NCBI GenBank assembly: GCA_964468125.1
Contig: CAYXVF010000007.1
Coordinates: 16,531 to 80,530 of the forward strand
Source of the DNA: an uncultured Bdellovibrionales bacterium
Lineage (GTDB): Bacteria > Myxococcota > XYA12-FULL-58-9 > CAYXVF01
Length of the DNA stretch: 64,000 bases
Direction: 5' to 3'
The position numbers and the translations under genes were made by a program. The notes beneath the pieces are model-generated. The model ran no database searches and was not told the origin of the DNA. It saw only the letters and a program-made list of their open reading frames with translations. Every line of letters begins with the position of its first letter. The first letter of the stretch is position 1. This document shows, one piece after another, positions 1 through 9,924 of the stretch.

Positions 1-209
1 TGCGTAGGAGCATGGTCGGTGGGCGGCTCATTCTTTCGAGGAGATCGCACTGCAGTGCCCATGCCAGCCGGGTGCCGCCCACTCCTCATTGTTTTCAGCA
101 CCTTACGCGATGTGGGAGCGCAGAGCAGCCCGCAAAGGTCGGCCCCGTGCTGTCGACTGTCGACATCACTCGCCAAGACCCCGCGCACGCTGGCATCCTC
201 GCTCGCGAA

Positions 210-1703
210 ATGCACTCGAGCACACGAACCGGAAAGACCCGGCGCTGGTTTCTCGGAAGCAGCGCGGCCCTTGCCGCTTGCGCCCGCGCCCCGGCGACGA
301 GAGCGCGGCCGCAAGTGCCTTTCGGAGCCCAAGTGGGCGACCTCAACCGCGACCGGGCGGTGTTTTGGAGCAAGTGCGACCGCCCGGCAACGCTCGTCGT
401 GGAATGGAGCACGCGCGAGAACGGTCCCCGCGAGCGCGTGGAGGCCCAGGCCACCGCGGCTCGGGATCATGTCGCCAAAGCGATGCTGAAGGATCTCCCG
501 CCCGGACAGACCGTGACCTACCGCGCCTGGTTCGATGACGGCCTCGCGAGCGAGCCCGTGGTCGGCACGTTCAATGTGCCCGCCCCCGACGCATCGACCC
601 GAATCGTCTGGGGTGGCGACGTGTGCGGCCAGGGCTACGGCATCGGACCGGACGGCTACGCGATTTTTGACACGATGGCGCGGACAGAGCCGGACCTGTT
701 CATCCACTCCGGTGACGCGATCTACGCCGACATTCCCCTCGAGCCCGAAGTCGCCCTGGCGGACGGGAGCCTCTGGCGCAACCTCGAGACAGCGGGCAAA
801 GAGAAGGTCGCCGAGACTCTCGACGAGTTTCGCGCACAGTTCGCCTATAACTTGCGCGATCGCCACTACCGAGCGTTCCTCGCCCGAACTCCGATGGTCG
901 CCCAGTGGGACGACCACGAGACTCACAACAACTGGTGGCCCGGACAGACACTCAAAGACGATCGCTACCGGGAGCGCAGCGTCGACGTGCTCTCCGCGCG
1001 CGCCCGTCGAGCATTTCACGAGTACATGCCGACCCGCGAGCGGCGAGAAGGGGTCGGGCTTCAGCGGGTGATTCACTACGGACCGGTCGACATCTATGTG
1101 GTCGATCTGCGCTCCTTTCGCTCCATGAACGACGCGAATCTTCAGCCCAATGGCGCAGCGGCATTCGGAGGCCGACAGCTTGCCTGGCTCGAGGAGCGCA
1201 TCGCCCGGTCGAAGGCGCGCTGGAAAGTCATCGCTTGCGACATGCCACTGAGTCTCTTGATTCCGGACGGCAAGAGCGCTTGGGAGGGGATCGCAAACGG
1301 CCACGGCGGTGCGCCACTCGGGCGCGAGCTCGAGCTGGCGTCGCTCCTCTCGGGACTGAAGGCACGCGAGGTCAAAAATGTGGTGTGGGTCACCGCGGAC
1401 GTGCACTACTGCGCAGCCCACCACTACGATCCGGAGCGGGCGATCTTTCGCGACTTCGACCCGTTTTGGGAGCTCGTTGCCGGGCCACTCCATGCGGGAA
1501 CCTTTGGCCCGAATCCGCTAGATCCGACCTTCGGCCCCGAGGCGGTCTTCGAGAAGGGGGCGGGCGACGCGCCCAACGCGCCCCCGAGCGCGGGACTGCA
1601 GTTCTTTGGCCAGCTCGACGTGCGCTCCAGCGGTGAGCTCGAAGTCGCGCTGCGCGACCGAGGCGGAGCGCGGCTGTGGTCACGGGTCCTCGAACCGCTC
1701 TGA
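210..1703 (+). CDS. phoD: PhoD-like alkaline phosphatase / metallophosphatase, Tat-secreted
   Basis: Twin-arginine signal 'TRRWFLGSSAALAACARA' sits directly after the ATG at 210. The listed ORF start at 12 is an in-frame upstream extension. PhoD-type metallophosphatase core 'WGGDVCGQGYG...FIHSGDAIYAD...WDDHE'. Size about 497 aa. Confidence 0.8.
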   Translation: MHSSTRTGKTRRWFLGSSAALAACARAPATRARPQVPFGAQVGDLNRDRAVFWSKCDRPATLVVEWSTRENGPRERVEAQATAARDHVAKAMLKDLPPGQTVTYRAWFDDGLASEPVVGTFNVPAPDASTRIVWGGDVCGQGYGIGPDGYAIFDTMARTEPDLFIHSGDAIYADIPLEPEVALADGSLWRNLETAGKEKVAETLDEFRAQFAYNLRDRHYRAFLARTPMVAQWDDHETHNNWWPGQTLKDDRYRERSVDVLSARARRAFHEYMPTRERREGVGLQRVIHYGPVDIYVVDLRSFRSMNDANLQPNGAAAFGGRQLAWLEERIARSKARWKVIACDMPLSLLIPDGKSAWEGIANGHGGAPLGRELELASLLSGLKAREVKNVVWVTADVHYCAAHHYDPERAIFRDFDPFWELVAGPLHAGTFGPNPLDPTFGPEAVFEKGAGDAPNAPPSAGLQFFGQLDVRSSGELEVALRDRGGARLWSRVLEPL

Positions 1704-1828
1704 GCGGACGTTCGGCGGCTCCGAGGCCTGGGGCGTCCGTAGGGTCTGGTGACAGATCTCGCCCGTCCCGGGGTTTTGGTGCCGATGCTCTGGCCTGAAC
1801 GCCTTCTTTGGTTTAGGGGGCGCCGGTG

Positions 1829-4363
1829 ATGGACGACGCTCCTTCCGGGCGCTTGCTCGCGCTCTCCCGCCGATACGTCGACTGGCTCGCGCCCCGGGCC
1901 ACGGCCGTGCTCGTCGCGAGCCTCTTGCTGACCCTCGTCGGCGGAGTTCTCGCCTCGAAGCTGCAGGTGCGCGGCAGCTTTGCGGATCTCCTTCCGCCGG
2001 ATCGCCCCTCGGTCAAAGCGCTCGACGAGGTGCAGACACGCATCGAGGTCTTGGGCTCCCTCTATGTCGCGGTGGAACACGCCGACGAAGACAAACGTCG
2101 CGACGCGATCCGGTTCATCGAACGAGCGCTCGGCGACCTCGACAGTGAGCTCATCGGCTCGGTGGAGTCGGACCCGCTCCCGACCGCCTCATACCTGTGG
2201 AACAACCGCTTCCTGTTCGTCTCCCTCGATGACCTTCAAGAAGCCCTCGCCCGACTCCCGGAGTTCATCGAGGAGCGCCGCAAGAAAGCGAACCCGCTCC
2301 TCCTCGACTTCGAGGACGAAAAAGAATCGGACGCGGAGCAGGAGGCCGAGCGGGACCGCCTCGAGCGAATGAAGGAGCGCCTCGACCGCGCCGAGTACCG
2401 CTACGAGAGCGCCAAGAATGGCTACGTCTCCGAGGACGGCGCGTTCCAGGTCATCGTCATCCGTACGAGCTTTGAGAGCTCGAAGACGAGCAGCGGTCGC
2501 AAGCTCGTGCGCGCGGTGCGCGGCGTGGTCAAAGAGGCTCGCGGCAAATTCCCCGAGGCACGCTTCGGCATTACCGGTGACGTGATCACCACGATGCAGG
2601 AGCAGGAGTCGATCATTCGAGGCATGGCGACCGCCGCGGGGATCACCGTGCTCTTGGTGATGATTTCTCTCGTCCTCTACTACCGCGCGCTCCGGGCGGT
2701 GTGGTGGATCCTCGCAGGTCTCACGGTCGGATCCGTGGTGACCTTCGGCGCCGCCGAGCTCATCATCGGCCACCTCAACGTCGCCTCCGCGTTCCTCGCA
2801 GCGATTGTCGTAGGCAACGGGATCAACCCGAACATCATCCTGATCGCCCGCTTCCGCGAGGAGTACGGTGACGGCGGCTCCGACCGGGAGGCTCTCGTGC
2901 GTGCTATCGCCGGAGCCTTCCGCGGCACCGTCGCCGCATCGCTCACCGCCGGCGTCGCCTACGCTTCGCTCATCGCCACGGAGTTTCGGGGCTTTCGCGA
3001 TTTCGGAATCATCGGCTCCCTCGGCATGGCGCTGTGCTGGGTGGCGGCGTTCACCGTAGTGCCGGCGCTCGTGTTGCGCTTTGGCGGCAAGGGAGAGACG
3101 AACTGGTCCGAGGGCGAGAGTTGGGGCGTGGCCCTCTCAAAGCTGCTCCCGCAGCGGCGCTATGGCCTGGTTCTCGCCACGGGCGCGATCCTGAGTGTCC
3201 TTTCCATTTCGCAGACCTATCGCTTCATCGCCGGTGACCCGCTCGAAGAAGACTGGCGGAAGCTGCGTTCGAGCTCCTCGGACCTGCAAGAGACGCGCTA
3301 CTGGAACGAGCGCATGAAGGCCGAGCTCGTCAACGCCCCGAACAAGTATCTTGCCGGCCGCTTTCTCATCGCCGCGGAGAGCGCGGAGGACGCCTCGGCG
3401 ATTCGCGACGCGCTCAAACCCTACGCTGGCGAAAGCGCGCCGGACGATAAACGGCTCCTCGCCTACATGCGCGGCTACGACGACGCCGTCCCGCGTGACC
3501 AGGAGAAGAAGCTCGAGGTGCTCGCCGAGATCCGAAGCACCATCGACGAGGTCATGGGCAAGGTGCCACGAAAAGACCGGCCAATGATGCGGAAGCTCAG
3601 GCCTTCGGCAGGCCTCGACGCGATCCGCCCGGAGGAAATTCCTCCGGAGCTCACGAAAGCGTTTGTCGAGACCGACGGGCAGATCGGGCGCACGTTGGTC
3701 GCCGCCCTCGATGAACGCTTCGACCACTGGAACGTCGTGCAGCTCGTCGATTTCGTCGAGCGCTTCCGAAAGATCGAGCTTCCGCGCGAAGCGGTGATCG
3801 GGGGACAAGCCTTCGTGTTCGCCGACATGGTCGCTTCGATGACTCGAGATGGTCCGATCGCCTCCGCCCTCGCGATGATCGGCTCGTTCCTGGCGGTGCT
3901 GCTGATCGTCGGCATGCGCTGGCATGGCGTCGTCACCCTCGCCTGCGCGGGCCTCGGCACCCTCGCCATGATCGCCATCGCCTCGGCCCTCGGCGTGAAA
4001 TTGAACTTCCTCGACTTCATCGCGCTTCCGCTGACGATCGGAATCGGAGTCGACTATGCCGCCAACATCGCGGCCCGCGATCAGCAAGACAATCCCTCCA
4101 ACCCACGCCACTTGCTCGCCACTACCGGCGGGGCGGTGTTTTTGTGCTCGCTCACCACGACGATCGGCTACGGTTCGCTGCTGCTGTCGGACAATTCGGG
4201 GATCCGCTCCTTTGGCCTTGCGGCGATCATCGGTGAGATCGCTTGCGGTGTCGTGGCGTTGATCGGTGCCCCGGTGGTCTTCGCCTGGTTGCGCCGTCAC
4301 GGGCGTTTGCCGGCGAGCGCACCCCTGCCTGCGGCCGCCGAGCCTACTCGCGAAAGCGCTTGA
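1829..4363 (+). CDS. MMPL/RND-superfamily membrane transporter (exporter)
   Basis: 844 aa with two blocks of about 6 hydrophobic helices each, separated by large soluble loops. This is the SSD/MMPL architecture. AGGGGG Shine-Dalgarno 9 nt upstream of the ATG at 1829, which lies 1 codon inside the GTG-initiated listed ORF. Confidence 0.7.
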   Translation: MDDAPSGRLLALSRRYVDWLAPRATAVLVASLLLTLVGGVLASKLQVRGSFADLLPPDRPSVKALDEVQTRIEVLGSLYVAVEHADEDKRRDAIRFIERALGDLDSELIGSVESDPLPTASYLWNNRFLFVSLDDLQEALARLPEFIEERRKKANPLLLDFEDEKESDAEQEAERDRLERMKERLDRAEYRYESAKNGYVSEDGAFQVIVIRTSFESSKTSSGRKLVRAVRGVVKEARGKFPEARFGITGDVITTMQEQESIIRGMATAAGITVLLVMISLVLYYRALRAVWWILAGLTVGSVVTFGAAELIIGHLNVASAFLAAIVVGNGINPNIILIARFREEYGDGGSDREALVRAIAGAFRGTVAASLTAGVAYASLIATEFRGFRDFGIIGSLGMALCWVAAFTVVPALVLRFGGKGETNWSEGESWGVALSKLLPQRRYGLVLATGAILSVLSISQTYRFIAGDPLEEDWRKLRSSSSDLQETRYWNERMKAELVNAPNKYLAGRFLIAAESAEDASAIRDALKPYAGESAPDDKRLLAYMRGYDDAVPRDQEKKLEVLAEIRSTIDEVMGKVPRKDRPMMRKLRPSAGLDAIRPEEIPPELTKAFVETDGQIGRTLVAALDERFDHWNVVQLVDFVERFRKIELPREAVIGGQAFVFADMVASMTRDGPIASALAMIGSFLAVLLIVGMRWHGVVTLACAGLGTLAMIAIASALGVKLNFLDFIALPLTIGIGVDYAANIAARDQQDNPSNPRHLLATTGGAVFLCSLTTTIGYGSLLLSDNSGIRSFGLAAIIGEIACGVVALIGAPVVFAWLRRHGRLPASAPLPAAAEPTRESA

Positions 4364-5834
4364 AGAAGGTTTCCTGGGCCGGATCGTGCCCTTTACGCTC
4401 CGTATGACCGTAGTGGCGCACGTGGTCGCCGAACCAGCTCGGAATGAAGTCGCTGTCTGCGAGCACATTCGCCACGCCTTCGTGAGTGACGCCGTCCATG
4501 ACCACGTCCACGCGATAGAGCGGCATGCCGGGGCGAATACGCCGTGCGATTTCCCAGCGAACGTCCGTGCAGAGGTAGATCGCCTTGCGCGCTTCGTCGC
4601 TCGGCCGGTCGAGGCGGAGGACCACGTCCCGACCCTCTCGTCGAACGGGCCAAGCCTCGGCGGTCGCAACGCCGCCGCCGTCCTTGCGAATGCGCACCGG
4701 AAACGGCTGCCCTGGCGGCAAATACTCCATGCCGCGCGGGAGGTGCACGCGGATCTCCTCGAGAGCGACGTCAACGACTTTGAGTGGCTCCTTCGAGCCC
4801 GGATAGGTCACCTCGATCCGGCCGTGTTTGTCTCGAATGGCTTCGCCCGACTTTCCATCGACCGCGAGGGTCTCCAGGGGGGCGAGCCAGCGCGTACTGA
4901 GCTCCGAGTTGGGGACGAGGCGAACCTCGTCGGCGACCGGTGCCGCGGCGTCGAAACGACCGCCCTGGTGATAGCGAAACATGTGATGGGCCGGACGGAC
5001 GCCACTCTCGGCGGTGAGGCCGAAGATCCAATTCAGCGCTTTAAAGCGGGTCGGCGTATGCGCGTCGGGCTCCGCGCGGGTTGAGAGAGGTTTGCCGAAG
5101 AAGTCGAAGGTGTCGGTCTGCGAGCCCGGGCCCGTGAGCATCAGTAGGTTTGCCGACTCTACCCCGTTCGCGTTCGGGCCCAGGGGAATGCCGAGGGCCG
5201 CGCCGACCACGTTCGTGTCCTGCCCAGCGCCGAGGGACATGCGAAAATCGCCGACGCCGCCGGACGCGAAGATCCCTGCGGCAACTCGCTTCGCCGGATC
5301 GCTCGACGGCACGAAGCGGATCTTTCCGGAGACCCCGCGGTCGTGCATGTTCTTCTCGCGGGGGATCAGCGCGGCTTTCTGCATCGACGGCTCGAAAGTT
5401 ACCCCCATGCCTGCGACGTCGAAGAGCACCTGAGGGTTCGAGGTGATGCCGTGTTTTCCCATGGCGGCTAGGGCACCGCTGTGGGCTGTGCGAACCGTGT
5501 AGTGCCAGAGCGCTTCGTTCTTCTCGGGACCCGAAAGCGCAGCGAAGGAATCGAAATAAGGCAGGGGCACCTCCGTCGGCCACTGATTGCCCGGCACGAC
5601 GAGGTCGTGACCGAGAGGGCCGATCGCGGGGAGTCCGAACTGCTGCCGGAGGGGCACCTGCATCTCAGGGGCGGGGCGATCGCGAAACAGGCCGCCAAGC
5701 ACCTGCCCCCAGCTCGGAACGCTCGGCGTCCCGTCGTGGGCGATGGGCATCGAAGGAAAGAATCGCGATCCGGTGACCGGGCACTTGCTCATAGACCCAG
5801 GATATCGGCGCAAGAGGCGAGGTGTTGCCCCCAC
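4344..5834 (-). CDS. conserved hypothetical protein (about 480-496 aa, no signal peptide; start ambiguous, GTG 5834 or ATG 5792)
   Basis: Long ORF with high GC3, convergent with and overlapping the MMPL gene by 20 nt. No family recognised by eye. Confidence 0.5.
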   Translation of the reverse strand: MGATPRLLRRYPGSMSKCPVTGSRFFPSMPIAHDGTPSVPSWGQVLGGLFRDRPAPEMQVPLRQQFGLPAIGPLGHDLVVPGNQWPTEVPLPYFDSFAALSGPEKNEALWHYTVRTAHSGALAAMGKHGITSNPQVLFDVAGMGVTFEPSMQKAALIPREKNMHDRGVSGKIRFVPSSDPAKRVAAGIFASGGVGDFRMSLGAGQDTNVVGAALGIPLGPNANGVESANLLMLTGPGSQTDTFDFFGKPLSTRAEPDAHTPTRFKALNWIFGLTAESGVRPAHHMFRYHQGGRFDAAAPVADEVRLVPNSELSTRWLAPLETLAVDGKSGEAIRDKHGRIEVTYPGSKEPLKVVDVALEEIRVHLPRGMEYLPPGQPFPVRIRKDGGGVATAEAWPVRREGRDVVLRLDRPSDEARKAIYLCTDVRWEIARRIRPGMPLYRVDVVMDGVTHEGVANVLADSDFIPSWFGDHVRHYGHTERKGHDPAQETFFKRFRE

Positions 5835-5851
5835 GGACCGGGCGGATGCGC

Positions 5852-6781
5852 TCAGGAAGCTCCGAGTGGCCCCATTTTCCTGCGATTGACCTGCAGCTCG
5901 AACACATCCGGCCGGGCGTAGTGGCCGACGACGTCGAAGTCGTACTTGCCCCGGGCGATCTCCGCCCCATCGAGGTCCGCAAAGAGAACGGCGTCCTGCT
6001 CAAAGACAGGCTCTGCCAGCACCTCACCGAGGGGCGAGACGATGCAGCTTCCGCCGCGAATCAACAGGATCTCCGGGTCGTCGCCCTGGATCGGTGCGTA
6101 GTCCTCCGGACCGTCGGAGCGGCGCAGGTGCTGGCACGCGCTCAGGACGAAACAACGGCCTTCGAGAGCAACCGTGCGCATGAGAGGCAGCCAGCTGTCC
6201 CGGTCGTCTACCGTCGGCGCGCAATAGAGCTCCACGCCCTGGCCATAGAGTGTCAAGCGTAGCTGGGGCATGAAGTTCTCCCAGCAAATTGCGCTGCCCA
6301 CCCGACCGATGGCGGTTTCGGCGACGTTCAGCGTGGAGCCGTCGCCAAACCCCCAGACCACCCGCTCGAGGGCGGTCGGCATGAGCTTGCGCCGGAGATT
6401 CATGAGCCGGCCCCGGTCGTCGAAGGTGAGCGCGCTGCAGTAGAGCGTACCGCCGTCTCGCTCGATCACCCCTACGACTCCGTGGAGCTGATGCTCGGCA
6501 AACGATTCGCCCACGCGCGCGAGCTCGGGGCCCTCGAGCTCCACCGCCGAGTCAAAATAGCGTCGAAACCACTCGCGCCCTTCCGATGAGCGCATGCCCA
6601 TGCGGGCACCAAAATCGATGCCTTTGGGGTAGCCACCAATGAATGCTTCCGGGAACACGACGAGCTCGGCGCCCCCTTTGGCGGCGGTGGCGAGATGCGC
6701 CGCGAATCGCTCGAGGGTCTTTGGTGTATCGAAGAGCGCGGAACCCGCCTGAACGACCGCCGCGCGGAGACTGTTCTTCAT
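5852..6781 (-). CDS. nitrilase / carbon-nitrogen hydrolase family protein
   Basis: Nitrilase-superfamily hallmarks: 'LVVFPEAFIGGYP' (catalytic Glu region), 'RKLMPT' (Lys) and 'GSAICWENFMP' (nucleophilic Cys). Confidence 0.85.
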   Translation of the reverse strand: MKNSLRAAVVQAGSALFDTPKTLERFAAHLATAAKGGAELVVFPEAFIGGYPKGIDFGARMGMRSSEGREWFRRYFDSAVELEGPELARVGESFAEHQLHGVVGVIERDGGTLYCSALTFDDRGRLMNLRRKLMPTALERVVWGFGDGSTLNVAETAIGRVGSAICWENFMPQLRLTLYGQGVELYCAPTVDDRDSWLPLMRTVALEGRCFVLSACQHLRRSDGPEDYAPIQGDDPEILLIRGGSCIVSPLGEVLAEPVFEQDAVLFADLDGAEIARGKYDFDVVGHYARPDVFELQVNRRKMGPLGAS

Positions 6782-6843
6782 GGCTCGACTCTATAGCGCA
6801 GCTCGAACGAGCGCTGCAGGATCCGAAGCGACGTCGCGAAGCC

Positions 6844-7851
6844 TCACGCCGGTTCGGCGGGCTCGGGGTCTTCGAGCGCGGCGCGGCGGCGCAGGCGACC
6901 GAGGACGTCCTCTTCCGCCCCCTTGACGAACACCAAGCCGATGAAACCAGGCAGCATATTGCTGATCAGCGACTGAATGAGCACCGCACTGACCGCGGCT
7001 CCTGGAGCAATGCCCGCGAGCGGCAAGATCTTGAGCCCGACCCACTCGCGAATGCCCACACCACCGACGGTGAGCGGCACCGCATCGGAGAGCTGGATCA
7101 AAGGAATGTAGGCGAGCGTCGCGGGGGAAACCTCGGCACCCACGGCCCACAGGAGCACGAAGAGCTGAGAGAAACGAAACACGCTGATCGCGAGGGTCAC
7201 GCCGATGGCCTTCAACCAGCCCCGCGTACCGAGCCGTCGCATCATGTCGCGGGCGGACAAGAGCTTCCGATCGAGCTTTTCGTTACCGATCAGCTGGGCG
7301 ACCGGGTGCGCGACACGATGAGGGAAACGGGTCAACACCGCGATCACGAGCACCGCGACGACCCCCACCACCACCGCTTTTGTCCCCCAGAGGACATAGA
7401 GGCCGGGGATGGCCCACAAGAGGGCCACCTGGGCTTCGACGAGAATGTCGATCAGCGTCAGACCGACGCCGGAGCTCACGCGGAGCCCGGGGATCATGAA
7501 GATCCGCGCGAATTCACCGATCTTGCTCGGCAGCACGATGCGTCCCGCCGCGGCCACGAGCAGCGACTTCAAAGCCGTGGGGTAGCGCATCTCCGGCACC
7601 GCCGCACGCACCAATACGAGCCAGCGCACGGGCTTGACCACGTTGAGCATCACGGTGAAGAGAACGGCCGAGGCCACGAGCCACAGGTTGGCATTGCGCA
7701 GAACGCGCCAGAGCTCCTCCGAGTCCACCTCGCGGAAAATCAGCCCGATGACCGCTGCGGTGATCGCCACGCGCAGGAGCGTCTTCAGGGTCTTGGCTCC
7801 CCAAGAAGGCGCCGGGTTTTCCGGCTCGCCGGTGAGCGCGTCAGCAGCCAT
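6844..7851 (-). CDS. lysylphosphatidylglycerol-synthase-TM-domain-like (UPF0104 flippase-like) membrane protein
   Basis: About 8 TM helices. N-terminal 'LLRVAITAAVIGLIFREVD...LW' is typical of the LPG_synthase_TM family. Overlaps the downstream membrane-protein gene by 11 nt. Confidence 0.6.
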   Translation of the reverse strand: MAADALTGEPENPAPSWGAKTLKTLLRVAITAAVIGLIFREVDSEELWRVLRNANLWLVASAVLFTVMLNVVKPVRWLVLVRAAVPEMRYPTALKSLLVAAAGRIVLPSKIGEFARIFMIPGLRVSSGVGLTLIDILVEAQVALLWAIPGLYVLWGTKAVVVGVVAVLVIAVLTRFPHRVAHPVAQLIGNEKLDRKLLSARDMMRRLGTRGWLKAIGVTLAISVFRFSQLFVLLWAVGAEVSPATLAYIPLIQLSDAVPLTVGGVGIREWVGLKILPLAGIAPGAAVSAVLIQSLISNMLPGFIGLVFVKGAEEDVLGRLRRRAALEDPEPAEPA

Positions 7852-9526
7852 AGAGCTCTTTCGCCTGGGTGACCATCCACTCGGGCACGTTCACGAGCTT
7901 GCCCTGAGCCCGAATGAGGACCATCGCATCGACTTCTTTCTCATCCAGCTCTGTCACTTCTTCCGAGATCGCTTCGATCGGGAAGGACAAGAGCTTCTTG
8001 TGGGTGAACTCGTGACGGACCTCTCCATCCCAGTACTGCTCGTGATACCAGACTTCAACCTCGGCCGCGGGCTCCTGGCCCCGATAGCGCGGCAAATCGC
8101 CCCAGTAGTAGAACTGGCCGCCCGGAGCCTTGAGCCATCGGAGCGCCTTCGGAAAGACGAACTTGCGCCTGCCCTCGTTGATCCGCCCGAGAAACCGCTT
8201 GAGGTACGTGATGTGCTGCTCGGTCTGCTTCGGCTCCAGAACCGAAATGGCAAAATCACGACGGATATCATCGATCACGGCCGGATTCTCGCGCACTTCA
8301 CGGATCCGGTCGCGCAGGTCACGCTTCCAGACCTCACCGAGGTGATAGGTGAAAACCGGCTCGTCGATCATGAAACAGCCGTGCACGCGGCCGTAGAGCC
8401 GCTCGTGGGGGCACATGAAGTTGTTGTGCAAGCCGTAGAGCTGGCCGCTCGCGCCGCGCACGATCCATTGCACACGCTGGGTGAGTGGCGTGTCCCACCA
8501 TCCGAGGGGTGTTGGCGCCCAGAGCCGCCCACGCAGCGGGAAGAGGCCCATCAGGAAGACGCCGCCCAGGAAGGGCCACAGGCCGAAGGCCGCGTCCACC
8601 ACCACCGGATCCATCACGTAGATCAACCAGATCGACAGGGCGTTCGTAACGATCCACTCCCAAAAGAAGATTCCCGTCGTGAGGAAGACGCCGACGTGAA
8701 AGCAGCTGAGGGTGAACAGCAACGCGAGCGCGAGCATCGGATCCAACAACACGAGCGGCACCAGGCCTTCGGCGACAAAGGTGACGACCTGCAGTGGACT
8801 CTCGACCTTCTTGCATACGGCGACAAAGCGCTTCCAAAGCGACTCAGGGAGAAAGCGCGCCCAGCCCCAGACGTAAGCCGATGCCACGACGTGATGCAGC
8901 TTGTTCTCGGTCATCCAGGAGTACCACTTGGGCCCGAGCAGGCCCTTTGCGACCGCCGTGATGACGTAGTGCGAGCCGATCATCATGAAGAGCAGGAGCA
9001 GGAAGCCGCTCGTGGTCTCCGGCCCGTAGCCAAAGGGTGTCATCGCCGTGGCCGCGACGATGAAAGCGACCGCGAGCTGCATGGCGCGCAAGGGAAGCGT
9101 GCCGTGGTGTTTCCAGCCATGAAACGGAGTGGTGATGATCTGAAGCTGAAGGGCGATCCAGAGCGGCGAGAACCAAGCGCCGACAGCCGTCGCGACCAAG
9201 AGCGCGCGCTCAGGCCAGTGGGCGCGATTCGCAGCGACGTCGATGTCTTCGGTGGCGGATTTCCAGGCGAGCATCACCGCTTGCACACAGGCGAAGATCT
9301 GCAGCGGGAAGGCTTCGTAGCTCACCTCCCAGGGAACGAAAACGGTTCCGGCGGCGACCCCGACGGTGAGTACGAGCGTCGAGGCGAGCTGCGGGATGCC
9401 GAGCGCTCCGAGCGCCTTGGACCACCACTGACGGCGAAAGAGCAGGTCGAGCAACCAGTAGGCCAGTAGGGTCGAGCCCGCGGAGAGCGGGAGGTCGAGT
9501 AACCAGTCGAGCTCTGAGACATTCAT
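7841..9526 (-). CDS. polytopic integral membrane protein (about 12 TM) with C-terminal 190-aa cytoplasmic domain, unknown function
   Basis: Hydrophobic helices throughout the first 370 aa, followed by a charged soluble tail 'ERLYGRVHGCFMIDEP...'. Translationally coupled to the LPG-synthase-like gene. Confidence 0.55.
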   Translation of the reverse strand: MNVSELDWLLDLPLSAGSTLLAYWLLDLLFRRQWWSKALGALGIPQLASTLVLTVGVAAGTVFVPWEVSYEAFPLQIFACVQAVMLAWKSATEDIDVAANRAHWPERALLVATAVGAWFSPLWIALQLQIITTPFHGWKHHGTLPLRAMQLAVAFIVAATAMTPFGYGPETTSGFLLLLFMMIGSHYVITAVAKGLLGPKWYSWMTENKLHHVVASAYVWGWARFLPESLWKRFVAVCKKVESPLQVVTFVAEGLVPLVLLDPMLALALLFTLSCFHVGVFLTTGIFFWEWIVTNALSIWLIYVMDPVVVDAAFGLWPFLGGVFLMGLFPLRGRLWAPTPLGWWDTPLTQRVQWIVRGASGQLYGLHNNFMCPHERLYGRVHGCFMIDEPVFTYHLGEVWKRDLRDRIREVRENPAVIDDIRRDFAISVLEPKQTEQHITYLKRFLGRINEGRRKFVFPKALRWLKAPGGQFYYWGDLPRYRGQEPAAEVEVWYHEQYWDGEVRHEFTHKKLLSFPIEAISEEVTELDEKEVDAMVLIRAQGKLVNVPEWMVTQAKELYGC

Positions 9527-9924
9527 CGGGAGCGCCCCCCAAGAGCAGCAAAACGGCCAGGATCCGGCCCTACAATGACCACGATGGCGCGCATTCGTAT
9601 GAAAAATCCCACTCTTAACAACCCTTTTTCCGCAAAGACGCCTTGATTTGGATCAGCTCTCGGCGGGGCTGTCAGACTCAACACCGACGGCGGCCCGTGG
9701 CGACCCAAAGGAGGTGCATTCTTTGGCCTGTGCGAACGTCACAACTCGACTTATTTGACAGGGCGAGATGCGAGGGTGGTGCGAGATCACGGACCTGGTG
9801 TTGGCCCAGGGGACGTCGTTCAACGACAACCGCTGACATTTCAAAGAGGACAAACCTTGCGCTAGCGCCGAAATTCGTGCACGTCGGGGCGCAACGCAGT
9901 GCGACAGCAGCTGGAGTAAAGAGC

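Noticed and set aside
12-209. N-terminal 66-codon extension of the PhoD ORF
   Set aside because: The Tat motif RRWFLG lies immediately after the internal ATG at 210. The extension would bury the signal peptide.
3137-4774. 545-aa minus-strand ORF inside the MMPL gene
   Set aside because: Antisense to a clearly membrane-protein-coding frame. Arg/Gly-rich nonsense composition, typical high-GC shadow ORF.
6643-9469. Long + strand ORFs 6643..7872 and 7634..9469
   Set aside because: Antisense to the two membrane-protein genes, whose TM periodicity is unambiguous. Products are R/S/E-rich low complexity.
9527-9924. Possible small ORF or riboswitch in the 400-nt divergent intergenic region (AAAGGAGG at about 9700)
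   Set aside because: The SD-like motif is followed only by a 13-codon TTG frame. No conserved RNA motif was recognised by eye.
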